In this document: positions 11,328-23,557 of the stretch, in pieces
How positions within the stretch are numbered: position 1 is the first letter of the stretch
Layout of the letters: each line of letters opens with the position of its first letter
Origin: Neoechinorhynchus agilis
Taxonomy: Eukaryota > Animalia > Acanthocephala
Direction of reading: 5' to 3'
Length of the DNA: 64,000 nucleotides
NCBI GenBank assembly: GCA_051530055.1
Contig: CM121341.1
Span: 4,814,784 to 4,878,783, forward strand
Notes under the pieces: model-generated
Told to the model about the DNA's origin: nothing
Seen by the model: only the letters and a program-made list of their open reading frames with translations
Database searches by the model: none
Translations under genes and position numbers: made by a program

Positions 11328-12237
11328 CCCAGATAAGCTAAATTGTATCAAAAGTTGATCCTTTCCAAATCTGAAGCTTTAAGATGCTTGCACGTTGCGT
11401 TTTCATGGAAATTTCGCATAAATTCGTTTCTATCAATATGTTTCCCTTTTTCACGGCTGATAATATCATCCGTGAAAAAAACGCACAGAGATAGATGCTG
11501 AAAAGTTATTGTCTGGCCAGACTTCAAAAATAAATCCATTTGTTTGCTCCGATACAGCGTTCCCCAACTCAAAACTTTACTTTGAGATAAAGAATTCTAT
11601 TAAAAAAGTTCATCCTCTCCTTTTTAACGGTCTTGGAAAGGATCCACTTTTGATGTAAACTCTCACTGTTCACTGCGAGAAAATCAATATCGGGATGGTA
11701 AATTGTTCAATTGTATATAATGAATATACTCGCCCGGTAGAGGAACGGAAACGATTGATTAGGCGAGGTTTTCTCTCGTTCGAAATATTTCCTAAGTCTC
11801 AAAATTTACAACTTTTTCTTATAAAATCAAGCATTGATGTTCTAGTTTATTTTGGCGTTTTTTTTAATCATTTTAAACAAATTGGTCCTCCTTCTCTTCC
11901 ACGTGTGTCTTTTAAGCTTCCCTAAGAATTGTTATATCCTAGTTTAGTGCTGCGTCCATACATTGCGTACGTCTCCTAGCTCTTGGATTAGAAAGTGCAA
12001 GGAGACTTCTGAATGGAACCCTCCTCCCCCAACGGCACATTCTCCTTACCATCGTTGTCGTCTAATGGTGCTGCTGTTTTGGCATTTGTGCTACAAAAGC
12101 ACGTTATTGCGCAACTTTGTGGATGGAGGAGACCTTTGTTTCAGTGCTCCCTGAAACAAGGTGCCTTCCTCAACAAAAATTTGTTATAACATTTATGCGT
12201 CAAAATGACCCAAATGTACTTTTAGACGGCGACCACA

Positions 12238-13302
12238 TTGTCATGCACTTATCGACCAATGGGACTTCTCCACAGGTCATCAAGTCTTCCACCGACAAAT
12301 ACATGGCCATCTCAAGGTGACACAAACTCCAGTCCGGCGGAACCAATGGATGACAAATGCCAAAAATACCACCGACTGGCATTCGATTCCGGTGATGCCG
12401 ATTTCGACAGTGACCTTTTTCTGTCCGGCTTGAGCTTTATGTCCACGTCCGAGCAGACCCAATCAATAAGTATGGATCCTGCAACATTGTGCTGGTCGTT
12501 CAGTGACATTGCACATCCGGATTTCAGGTTAGATCGCTCTTCGGTGGTAACACACGCGCCGCCTTTGGTAAGCGTCAGTATTCAAACCGATCCGCTTTTA
12601 CGTGCTAACAGAGGACCAAATCTACCGGATCTATCATTCCTTCGACCTACAGCTCGTTTATTAACTCGAACCGAACTTTCCACTGGACTAAAGTCATCCA
12701 ATCCGCCACAATTTCAATGCAAAGCTCAGCCATCAGTGCGTTTACTCAACCACCAACCTAACTCCATAAAAAATGTTACTTTTGAACAACCACGTTCATA
12801 CCCATGTCATTCCAAAGAACTCAGAAGTGAACTTGTTTTAAGAATCCAGCGATCGGTTGACGAGTGCCAGAGAACGTGTGCCGCAATAAACCAGAAAAAT
12901 CAACATAGCCGGGTTCAACTGATCCTTAGGCATGAATTATGTATGGCCCTTAAGGAGCTATTTAAAGACGGTCTTAGAAATCCCAATGGGAACAATCAAA
13001 ACATACTCACTTCCCTCGTTAGGGAGTGCGATTCGAATTACGAACCTAGCGAGGACCATACAGAACTCTTTGTCAGGTTCATAATGAAGCTTGTCAACAG
13101 GCGAAACCTCGCTCGATTTATATCCGGGCGATTGCTTGCCGATCACGTATTAATGAGCCGATATTACGCCAAGAACGCATTCCTGCGGTCCCACCATAGT
13201 GCCCAAATGCGACGCCAAATGTTGACTGACCTGGGCAGACTTGCCAAATTTATCGGAGAAGAACCAAGGTCACGCATTCCCGTAAAAATTGGAAGACGAT
13301 GA
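12238..13302 (+). CDS. RUN-domain protein (RUSC1/2-like); true start uncertain, possibly ATG 12346
   Basis: C-terminal LILRHELCMALKELFKDGLR...LFVRFIMKLVNRRNLARFI...SRYYAKNAFLR fits the RUN-domain blocks (LC.AL..LF.DGL; F+...LN...L; YY...AFL). Confidence 0.75.
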   Translation: MSCTYRPMGLLHRSSSLPPTNTWPSQGDTNSSPAEPMDDKCQKYHRLAFDSGDADFDSDLFLSGLSFMSTSEQTQSISMDPATLCWSFSDIAHPDFRLDRSSVVTHAPPLVSVSIQTDPLLRANRGPNLPDLSFLRPTARLLTRTELSTGLKSSNPPQFQCKAQPSVRLLNHQPNSIKNVTFEQPRSYPCHSKELRSELVLRIQRSVDECQRTCAAINQKNQHSRVQLILRHELCMALKELFKDGLRNPNGNNQNILTSLVRECDSNYEPSEDHTELFVRFIMKLVNRRNLARFISGRLLADHVLMSRYYAKNAFLRSHHSAQMRRQMLTDLGRLAKFIGEEPRSRIPVKIGRR

Positions 13303-13369
13303 GAATAAAGATTAGATGCGGCCATGGAAGCGAGAGATTGTGTATTCTTATTGAGAATAAATGAATGTA

Positions 13370-13650
13370 CACACAAACAAACACTCCAATATTCGTAGCC
13401 TCCTTCCTTAAATTAATTTTCACTCATTTCATCTACCTCAAAAGTCGACGTAGTCATCTTAACAGAAACACGGCTCAGCTCCCCAGTCAACAACAACCAT
13501 TCAGCCATCCTTCTCGGGCACTCTTCATTCCATTCAGACCGCGAGGACCGTCCATGGATGAGGGATCTCAATTTTCGTACGACAATAGTTACGATACTAC
13601 AAACCCCCAATCTAGAATTCATCGCCGTCCATTTCATAGCTCCTCTAAGA
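13370..13650 (+). mobile_element. AP-endonuclease (APE) fragment of a LINE ORF2
   Basis: SNIRSLLP, then in a shifted frame KVDVVILTETRL...SSFHSDREDR, matching the N.RSL / D++.LTETWL / R.DR motifs. Confidence 0.65.
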
Positions 13651-13653
13651 AAC

Positions 13654-14420
13654 GGGACCCGAGAGATGGTGAACTATGCCTGAGTAGGATGAAGTCGGAG
13701 GAAATTCTGTGGAGGTCCGTAACGTTTTTGACGTGTAAATCAATCGTCAGATTTGGGTATAGGGGCGAAAGACTAATCGAACCATCTATTAGTTGGTTCC
13801 CTTCGTAGTTCCCCCCAGAAAAGCCAGTGTTGCATAAGACAGTTTTATCTAGAAAAGCGAATGACTAGCGGAATTGGGGACGAATTGTCCTCGACCTATT
13901 CTCAAACTTTAAATGAGTAATAAGCTCGGTCACTCCTTAGCAGTTGCTTATGCTGCTGCTGAGTGTCGGGTGCAAATGCAATGGCATCAAGTAAGTCATC
14001 TTTCATGAGCAGAACTGACGATGTGGGATGAACCAAACGTTGAGCTGAAGTGCCAACAGTGCATCTCATGAGATACCATGGAAGGTGTCAGTCGATATTG
14101 ACAGCAGGGCGGTGGCCGCAGAAGTAGGAATCCGCAAGGAATGTGTAAAAACTCACTTGCTGAATCGACTGGCCCTGAAAATGGATGGCGCTGGAGACGT
14201 ATATCGATGCTTGACCTTCAATGCCGGTCGGAAATATACAAATGGCTTGACGTTTAGAAGGGCGTATGCGGTGGTGGTGTTGAAACTTGCACCGTGAGGT
14301 GGAGCCGCCGCTAGTGCAGATCTTGGTGGTAGTAGCAAGTATTTAAATGAGAGCTTTGAAGACTCAACTGGAAAAAGGTTCCGTTTGAACAACATTTGGA
14401 CATGGATCAGCCGATCCTAA
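13654..14420 (+). pseudogene. Degraded 28S (LSU) rRNA fragment
   Basis: gacccgagagatggtgaactatgcc, ggtataggggcgaaagactaatcgaaccatct, acctattctcaaactttaaatg, ccctgaaaatggatggcgct and gtgcagatcttggtggtagtagcaagtattt are LSU core segments, with many substitutions in invariant positions. No rDNA unit context. Confidence 0.92.
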
Positions 14421-14582
14421 TTAAACGTGCAAATTCGTGATTAAGCGTGCTGCATTGCGCAATTAGCACAATTCGGAAGTATTTCGGCGTGCTTGGTGAC
14501 GACTGCGAGCTGAATCAAATCTCTCCAAATACCTCATTTTAAACAGCAATGTTTGAAAAAGTGGAGCAAGACCTCATATTGA

Positions 14583-15290
14583 GTGATAGAAATTCTGGAA
14601 GGGCGTTTGCGAATAGAAATAAATCCCCAAAAATGCGAACTTCTCGTCCTGAACGCAGCTGAAAACAAGCGCTCTCAAATCTCTAGCGATTTTGAATCAG
14701 TTGCTCCGGGTCTAGGTTGGATCACGCTTGACCAGCTCACACTCCTCGGGAGCTGCGTTCTTGCTGAGAATGTTGCGAAGGACCTGCGCGCACAAATCCC
14801 GAAAATAGAGTTGCTCTGCGGCCGAACTTCTGAGATTTCGGCACATGAGGGTCTCTTCTTGATCAAGAATTGCCTCTATATGCCAAAATTGCTTCATAAG
14901 AGCAGCTCCATGTTTCGGAGAAGACAAATTGTTAGGAGAGCTCGACGGGGTAGTTCGTAAGCAGCTGGGACATATATTGAATGTCAAATTTTCTGACACA
15001 GGTTGGCGACAGGCTACTTTTCCCACGGCTTATGGTGGTTTGGGAGTTCGCACCACTTCAGACGTCGCTTTACCTGCCTTCCTCTCCTCTTGCCGGGCAG
15101 TCTATGTCGATGCCATTTTAGGCACATCACTGAAGGATGCGATCTTTGCCACGGGATTATCTCAATAGCATCAATTGACAGGCATCAACCAGCTCCCCGC
15201 AAATGAGTGCAAACAGTCGTCTTGGGGCATTCCTCTTGTTCAGAAGATTCACAACTCTTTCAAAGATATTCTGAATGAGGTGTAACTATC
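14583..15290 (+). mobile_element. CRE-like non-LTR RT/thumb fragment
   Basis: INPQKCELL, LTLLGS, AHEGLFLIKNCLYMPKLLH, WRQATFPTAYGGLGVRTTSDVALPAFLSS (Q..LP...GGLG.R......AFL.S). Frameshifted. Confidence 0.8.
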
Positions 15291-15677
15291 GATCGGTTGA
15301 GCTATCCGTTCTACTACCTTCTCTTTCGAACTTACTACCAAATTGATAAATTGGTTAAATATAAGTGGCCTCATTTATTGAAGAAGACGATGCCGCAGGA
15401 GATCGTTTTGTTCCGGAACAATCCTTGTCCGTATTTTGACGACAATCATTTGAGTAAAGATTTTTGAAGGATACGAACTCTTATTTACACAAAATACTAA
15501 GAACATCGCATTTTAAAAATTGTTTTGTCGATACTTCTATCATGAAAGGAAAAAAGGCGAAAAGTAAGGCAAAAATTGAATAAAATCCCATGGACTATTT
15601 ATTTCTTTTGCGAACAAAGAAGTTTCAAAAAATTTTGAGAGTTAATCCTCGTGAGTAAATTTGTATAAATTCTTACA

Positions 15678-17288
15678 ATGATCGTGAAAGTACAAAACCA
15701 GTATAAATAAAATAAAATTTACTCTCTAAACACAGAAAAACTTCATTCTTTAGAAAAAAGACCTTAAAGAACAACAAAAAACATGAACTCTATTAAAACT
15801 TCGGTAAATAACGTCTTAATAATTTTTCTCTTTTGTACTAAATACAAATGCTTAACGCTTTACGAATGTGATTTTTATTAAAAAAATGCCCGATATCGTT
15901 TATAGATGGCGATGAAACTCGAAGTTGATCAGTAAGTAAAAAGGAATCGCTTTTCGTAAGGAGATGAAAGACGGGCGAATCGGTGATCGTCGATCGCCGC
16001 TGGTCTATTCAGTCGAAGATACATTTTTTCCAGGAAAAGCGAAGATTACTCAGTGCTTTGGATGGAAATGTGAAGCGATAAAAATGAAAACTATAGATTA
16101 ATTCAAATAACCATGGATATTTCTATTGAACTGCCGGACGAATATCAAAGAACTCATATACTTTTCATCCTAAAATACTCGGGAGTCCCCTGGACCAGAA
16201 AATAACGACTAAAATTGATAATTGCAATCATGGTGAAGATCATCGTCATGTTCTTGAAGGAAATTCTTCGTAAAATTGTTTTTTAATTTTATTTAAAGTA
16301 ATTAATTTTAGTACGAAACGATAGATTCTGTTTTTGCGAATAATATGCGGATCTACTAAGAAATATTGGTTGAAAAGGTGAGTTTGTTTTTCAATGAAAT
16401 TTGATTAAAATTTTAGACACGTTCTTTATTAACAAAAGACGTCTTAATCCTCAACTTGAACTCCCTGATGGCTTCCATTTATCCGTCTTATTTAAGTATT
16501 GAGATCACCATTTCCGATCAACGGAAACTCACTCTGAATTTCAGTGGTCGTTTGGCATCACTTGATCTGTAACCGCTAAGTTCTCCTGTTCGTAGATTCT
16601 TGAATTGTCCTGAGGACGCGGAGTCCTTAATTCCTCGACAATTTGTTGTCGTCCTTTTGGTCGCCACAGTCGACCACTCGTCCTGTTATCATTGATCGCC
16701 CAAAATGATTTCCTCGGTCTCCCTCGAACCGGAATTTTCCTGAATCTTTGACAATAGGACAGTGTATTCCTGATCGATCCTTTCCACGACTTGCTATCTG
16801 TTCTTTGTTGGAAATATGGGATATTGTCCTGAATCCATTCGTAGATTTCATTGACCCGCAATCTGCCGGTCAAACTGTTCTCGAGCGCTGCTTCTATTAA
16901 ATCCGCATAACTTGCGTGGTCCCATTCACTGATTGCGCCGTTCACTATTTCTGCAGGGGAATGCATTTGATCGAGGTTAGAACAACACCAAGAGAGAGTT
17001 CACATTGAACAAGTTCGAATCGTTCCGCTTTATCCGTAAATCGCCATGAACAAACAATGGTAAATAAATGGACAAATATTTATCAGCATCGAGGTTGATG
17101 TTTTGGATACCATTTTGTTAGCGTTTTTTTTGTTTTGTTGACTTAAAATGAGCTTACTAAACTTCGTTTTTGACATTGAAATAATGATTCTTATTAATCG
17201 ATTAAGGAATAAAATCAATATTTAATTTTGTGTTTATTAACGGCCTCGATCAATGGGTGCGCCGGAACTTCGTTATGATTATAAAAGT
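15678..17288. repeat. Segmental duplication, copy 1 (partner 23558-24937)
   Basis: Shared from atgatcgtgaaagtacaaaaccag to ttataaaagtggac, with indels, including about 320 bp present only in this copy. Confidence 0.9.
16541..16966 (-). CDS. Divergent FoxO-like forkhead protein, copy 1 (stop codon just before the exon-1 donor)
   Basis: WDHASYADLIEAAL..RLRVNEIYEWIQDNIPYF...WKGSIRNTLS..RFRKIP...SFWAIN is a forkhead domain. W..xSYADLI is FoxO-like. Confidence 0.85.
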   Translation of the reverse strand: MHSPAEIVNGAISEWDHASYADLIEAALENSLTGRLRVNEIYEWIQDNIPYFQQRTDSKSWKGSIRNTLSYCQRFRKIPVRGRPRKSFWAINDNRTSGRLWRPKGRQQIVEELRTPRPQDNSRIYEQENLAVTDQVMPNDH

Positions 17289-17861
17289 GGACGAGGGAAA
17301 GGAGAACAAGTAAATAAAACTTTTCGAAGTGTCTTTTCTTAATCGCACTTTTTTCGCTCTTTCTGTCTCCACAAAATAACGAATGGATTTGAGCTGCCAT
17401 TTTCAACGATAAACTTTCTTAATTCTTTTATTGCGTTTTATTATGTGCTCGCTGCTGTAAAGGAAATCAATATATTCGATGAAAGGTATTCAAAATCAAT
17501 TTTATATGATACTTTTCTCAAAATTAAAAATCGTCTTATGCTTTATTTTAATATATAAGAAAAACCTCTTCGAAGATAAAGCTGCAAAATTGTCGTCCGA
17601 GGAAGGAGGGGGCTTCTTTTTAAAAGTATTTGTTAATAGGCGAATGGTCAAACTTTACGGAAACTATCAGTACCGGAATTCTTTGATTACAAATTCTAAT
17701 AATACTTTAGAACACCACGTCAAAATCGGATGTAAATTGTTGACAAAAATATTGATTCTCGTTAGGAATAATTTTTATCGAAATTAACTAAAAAAACTAG
17801 TCTCTTACTGACGTTCGTTGTACATTGACCATCTAGCCTTGAGTGTTTTTTCCTGAACTTT

Positions 17862-18107
17862 ATGGGCAAAAGATTCTCTAAACCTCACGTGCATCGGAAT
17901 TTGTCATCTATTAACTTGCTGGAATCGGAATATTCTTTGGAAAATGGGAAGTCTTTTGAAGTGAACGAATTACCCAAATGGTTTCACACGATGACCCCTA
18001 AACAACGAAGGGATTATTTGGCCAATCGGAGGGGATTGAGTGGATCTGATTTTAATTTTATGGAGGATTTAGCAATGGTCAATATTTCAGATGGTGAAAT
18101 AGATTAG
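17862..18107 (+). CDS. Small orphan ORF, 81 aa
   Basis: ATG-initiated ORF with protein-like composition in AT-rich DNA. No recognised motif. Confidence 0.3.
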   Translation: MGKRFSKPHVHRNLSSINLLESEYSLENGKSFEVNELPKWFHTMTPKQRRDYLANRRGLSGSDFNFMEDLAMVNISDGEID

Positions 18108-18699
18108 TTGTCGATTCTTATTTTTTCTACATCGAGGGAAAGCACTAGATTTTTCAGTTCCTAAAATACGAAGAGAACTTTCAGGTCAAAATAAAGCATT
18201 GAAACATTCATTCATAAAAAGGTTGCCGGACGTTCAGAAAAAGATATCAAAAATGTTAATCAAGTTCATTTGAGGATTGCAATTTTCATGGGCATAAACA
18301 AAATAAATGCCGAAGCAAATCGAATTAGAATTATCTTCCAAAATTAATCAGGTTGTTTTATCGCGAACGTTCATAAGTCGCGATTACAAGCTTCCAAGCT
18401 TCGAATATTTCGCCGAGATCATTTTCAGAATATTAACGTCGATAATTTATTTTGAACAAGGGACAAATATCCTTTTAATTTTCTGTCTATTTAACCGACA
18501 TTTACCTTGTAAAATATTCCGACGAAAATATCGTTGATTTAACTTTTAAATTGATCGACGTGATTTAACCCCGGATTTTAATCCGTGAACAACATTCCAA
18601 GAATTAATAGAACTTTGGTGCCATATTATTAACAGGAAGATATACATTTGACTCCAATTTTTCTGTGTCTGTTAACTTTAGTTCGCCTGATCAAACTTT

Positions 18700-19260
18700 T
18701 AAGAAAAATATAATTATTGGCGATATAATGTTGCCTTTGGAAATCCTAAGAATCCTTTTTGCTATTTTGCTTGACCGTAACTTCGGCAAAAGGATTGGCT
18801 CTACAAGCTGAGTTGGCCGGGCTATCGCGAGAAGCGGTATGTTGTCGACTCTTGGATCTGTCTCATTTGTTTGCTCTTGCGATAGTGTCGATTTCGAGGA
18901 CGGAGCATGGCGCTGCGTTCGGTGGGCAGCGAAAGCTATGCTCCGCGTTTTTTCTTCGTTTCCAAATGGACACACTCACTTTTTAAGCGCGAGGATCCGA
19001 TCAACGTTAAAATGCTGGCCTAGAACTGGTATGGACAAGGGGAATAAAACTGTCCAATAAAAAAAAGCATTGCGATAGCTGTAATTGGTGTTGATGCACT
19101 GTGATTTCTGGCCAGTGCTCTGAATGTTAAAGTGAAGAAGCTCATTTAACCGCGGGTAAACGGCGGACGTAACTATGACTTCAGCTAACAAATCCACTAC
19201 AAACAACAAGTCAGGGGTTACTGTCCAATCTGCCGGGTACTTGGCGCTTCTCGTTTCAGA
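18700..19260 (-). mobile_element. C-terminal (post-RT, zinc knuckle/RLE-proximal) fragment of an R2/NeSL-like element
   Basis: AFFYWTVLFPLSIPVLG...VCPFGNEEKT...TQRH...KIAKRILR resembles the LP.L / C..C..ET..H...C..RH / IA..L region. Degenerate. Confidence 0.5.
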
Positions 19261-19399
19261 TGGCGCCCATCTACGATTACCGTATGATCAACAGCTTACA
19301 AGTGAGTACCTTCAGTACCACCGAGTTCTTCAAGAATCCATAGTGTCCAAAGTAAAGTTGATAATTGTGGACTTAAGAAAGAGGCGATAGGCTCTATTG

Positions 19400-21840
19400 G
19401 CCTACATTACAAAACGTGCTCTGATGAGGATACAGTCGAAAAGGTAGCCCCTTTAGCAGGCAAAGGTGGCTTAATAACAGCAAGCTCAGAAGCAGAGGGA
19501 CCAGTGGAATGCCCAGAATGTAACGCCACGTTCCACGGAAGTAATCGGACCAAAATATTGAAAGAACACTTTATGCTTGAACACGGAACAACTTCGGTGT
19601 TGTTTCGGTGTCCGGCATATAAGTCGGAAAACTACGATTCAGTGCGTAGTCATATGAATGCTTGCAAGCGTTGATGGGAGACCGCTGTAACCATGTATTT
19701 AAAGAAAAGAAAGGAAATAACAGATCCATCAATCGAGCAATCGGTCATTGAGCTGGCGAGGAGGAACGCGAACCTCCGGAGGTCCTACCAGAAGAAACCC
19801 ATCTTCTGTCCGTTCACCTACTCTCGTAGGTGACATGGAAGTGCAAAGCCAGTTCTTCCGTGTAAATCATATGCCACAGTCGTTACGCCAGTGTTAAGGG
19901 GACACAACAAAGGCAAACTGCTCAATCGAGTCGACTGTTTTCACAGGTGTCGAGGCATATGAGAGCGTACTGGCCCCATCCAAGGTGCAGGAGTTTTCTT
20001 GAGACGGAGAGAGAAATCCTCCGTCGATTGGATGGATCCATTAATGGGAACTTTGTTGACGCTGCTGCCACGCGATAGGCACAGTATCTTCGGTGTGGCA
20101 GTAGTGTTGAGGTGCCGGAAGTTTCCCGGCTGCGACAGCTTCGGTTTAAAATCATCAAGTTGAAGAAATGTCCGGGATAGGCTCTTACCACGTGATGGCC
20201 AATCCTTCATTGTGGAAAAATGTAGTGACGAAAATAACAATGGAGGTTTAAGACAAGAAGGAGTACAATGAGCAAGTTGCGCAAAGCGTCTCAGATGCTA
20301 ATGTTTCTTAAGATGTTCACCTTGATGGACTTCATAAGAACAGTTTAGTATCTCCAGTGTTTGTCTTGTTCGCTGTCGCATATTCTTGTGACTTTACCGT
20401 TCATTCGCCATATGAAAGACAAGTTCGTCGTATTTTTTGCCCTGGGATTGGAACTCACGCGTACAACGTGTGGACGGACGAAACAGCCACAAATCCGTGT
20501 GTTGGGTGCCGCGGGATTACGAAGTTCCAAGACCGTCTACTCAAGACGAGACACAATCGAGCTCTGTGCTGCGCAAACATTTCAAATTAGGCAGCTGAAG
20601 TATATGAAAGTACTGAGCGAAGAGAGTGTCTACTGAGTCATCAAGAAACAGTTAATCACTATTGTCGTTTATATGAAGGGAACGCTGAAACTGAGAATTT
20701 GCAAGAAAGTAGTGTTGCAGATCAAAAGCAATCGCTTCAAATGCGGTGGTCGGTAATCCCAACGGTGGAAGTTGAAGTTAAAATTTCGAAACTTCGAGCG
20801 CACCAGGTCCGGATAAGATAACGGTTCAAGATGTTCGATCATTCGATTCGTTACTTCTGGGCATGACGTTGCTCTTCAACTTCGTCATGCAATACGGAGG
20901 CCCCCACAATCGTGGAGCGAGTCTAAAACAATCCCGTTGCCCAAATCAAGATCGTCACCTGATAAGCTACGAACTCAGGCGGATTGGAGACCAATAACGA
21001 TCTCTTCCGTTTTATTGCGGCGGCTTCGTAGAGTGTTCTGTCTGGACGAAGGACAAACGGCGTTTGACCGATCGGCCTCTTTGGCTAATCTTCTCACTCC
21101 TCGTAGTGTAGTAAGAGAAAAGCGGAAAAACAAGCAACCTCTTGCAGTTGCTGTCCTTGACATCAAGAGTGCTTTCGATATTGTTTCGCACAATGCTGTA
21201 AAGGAAGCACTTCGCAGAAATTGATGCCCTGAGTATCTGTAAAGATACGTGATCAGCACATACCGAGGAAATACTACGAGGATTCGTATATCAAACGCCA
21301 GATCTTCAGAAACCATTAATTTCCTGAGAGGAGTAAAGCAAGGAGATCCCCTCTCTCTTTTGCGTTTCACGCTGTGTGTAGACGAGGCACTGTATGAAGT
21401 CCGGAAACTTGATACTGGGTGCCAGCTAAAGAAAAATCATCGCTTGTCGCATCTGTTGTATGCAGATTACGTGTTGTTATTGGCTGACAATTGTCCGGAC
21501 CTCCAAGCAATGATAGACACTCTTCAGACTAAGCTCAAAGAATGCAAGCTTTTCTTGAGCCCTAATAAGTGTCAGGCATACCATCATAGTTATAAAATCT
21601 CGAGGCTCATGGTGGACGGCGAATCTAAAATAAAGGTGAACGGCATAAAGCTAAAGGCCATCATGGAAGGGGACCCAGTAAAATTCCTCAGGGCACTCCA
21701 TGGAAGGAAACTACAGTAGAGGAAGTTTTACATATTCTGGAGTTTCCTTTTGCTGCTACGGAGCCATCCTGGGACATTGCGAACGATGGGAAGATTATGA
21801 AGACGAAAAGCTCAAAAGGATTACGTCGGTTATGGAAAAC
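19400..21840 (+). mobile_element. Decayed R2/NeSL-like non-LTR element: N-terminal zinc fingers plus RT
   Basis: CPECNATF...LKEHFMLEH and FRCP...SHMNAC zinc fingers; IPLPK...DWRPITISS, GQTAF, LDIKSAFDIVSH, GVKQGDPLS, LLYADY, LSPNKC. Internal stops. Confidence 0.88.
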
Positions 21841-21957
21841 ATTAGTTGAATTTAACATCGAGAGTCAAAAATGAAGATTCGGCGAAATCCAACGTTCATA
21901 TAAAGGTTGAAAACCCAAATTCAGGGAAAATAAGGCAATACAAGACTTCGAGAACAA

Positions 21958-22082
21958 TGAGCGTTGAACAAGAAGATGATTCAGATTGCGATCGTTGCAT
22001 TTTATATATAATGTGGACGGCGATATCTATAATGATCCTGTGTGCAATAGTTGTTGGAAGCACATTTTTCAAATGTTACTGA
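21958..22082 (+). CDS. Possible small single-pass membrane protein (41 aa from ATG 21958)
   Basis: MSVEQEDDSDCDRC followed by hydrophobic ILYIMWTAISIMILCAIVVGSTFF. Confidence 0.3.
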
Positions 22083-23557
22083 AAATAAAATGGTTTTTTA
22101 AATTGGTTTTCGCGATACTTTCAATCGTTTGCGTGTTTCGCTTTTGCTCGAAATTAATGACAAAGTTTCCTCTCGTTTTTGCTCTTAACGTTACACTTTA
22201 GAGACTGAGCAAAAGCTGAACTGGGAGACGTCAGGTAAATTTCTTCAATGAAATGCTCTCATTGGTCATAAAGTTTTTTAGTTGTTAGCATTTTGGGATA
22301 TGTTTATTTCGCAACTTCTGAAAAAACCAATGCTCTGTTAAAGATTTTAGCATTTTAAAAACTTATTTATCTTGGTAGAAAATCGGGTAATCGAGTTGCA
22401 CAAAGAATGAAATCTTTTGTTATTCATTCCGATACCTCCGTCCGATCTCTAGAATTCGAGGGGATTTTCTATTTCGTAGTTTTGGGAAAAGTTAAAAGTG
22501 TTCGCTTCGGCTACGTTTTTTGTATCTATTAGAAATCACAACTTTTGGTTTTAAAAAACATTCGTCGAACGTATTTTTTTCAAAAGCTGTAAAACAAATT
22601 TTTCAAAAGCTCACCGATTTTAGAATGAACATAAAATGCGGATATGTTAAAAAAATTTAATTGCATTTGCAATTTCAAAGAACACTAAACGATAAAATAA
22701 AAGACAGGAGCTTAATAAAACCCGTTTATCGACCATAAATTGAATAAGATTATTTTTCTCGTTGGAAAAGCTTATTAATTCAAAATTTTTACGATATTGA
22801 AAACCTAAAACTTTTCTCGAAATATAAACTGAAATGCATTTTTTGGCGATGCTTGCGACCTACCTTTTATAAAAATCTTAAATCCCGATTTTCAGAACGC
22901 ATCTCACTACCATCAAAATCCATCGACACAAAGACAAAAGGTAAAATATTTTGAAAAAATTATTTAGACACTTGATCTTTCTGTACTTCGTCTTTAAAAT
23001 AATGTTTTCTTATTTATTCAAAATTTTTTAAATTCCTTTGATCGGTGAAATTGGTCTTGAGATCGCTCAGAAATATATTTTCATTAACGTTGCGGAAAAA
23101 AACGTCGATACTAATTCATAAAAAAGGAGATTGTTCTAAAGGTCTAAAATTCCTTCGTTTGATGCTTTATTGCACCCCTGAATCCGTCCACATCTTTTTA
23201 AATATTCAAATCATAATATCAGCAAAAGATCTGGAATGGAATGTTTGAAAGTGTATGAAAAACGATTTTCTGTTTATTTCATTATTTATTAAAAACGACC
23301 TGTGAAGCAGCAGAAAAATGTGAAGATTTCAATTTTATTAAGATACAAAAACTACGTAGCGATGATTGAATCTAAATTTGCCATTGCGAGTTAAGATTAA
23401 AAATTCGAAGGATTCACGTAGCTTAGGACAAAAATGTTATTTCAGAACGTACAATCACCACCGTTCGTAAAATCTTAGCTTCTCTCCTTCCTCGGCTGTC
23501 GCTATCACGCCAGCGGCATTGCCTCGCTGTACTGCGAGCGAGATATTTTGTCGCAGG

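Noticed and set aside
11960-12320. Frame interrupted by a single TAA (TIVVV*WCCCFG) suggesting stop recoding
   Set aside because: TAA terminates conserved genes in this window (macrodomain, TSG101, tetraspanin), and no homology supports readthrough.
19441-19449. aaggtagcc resembling the R2 28S target site near an R2-like element
   Set aside because: Only 9 bp, with no flanking rDNA, and located within the element's own 5' region.
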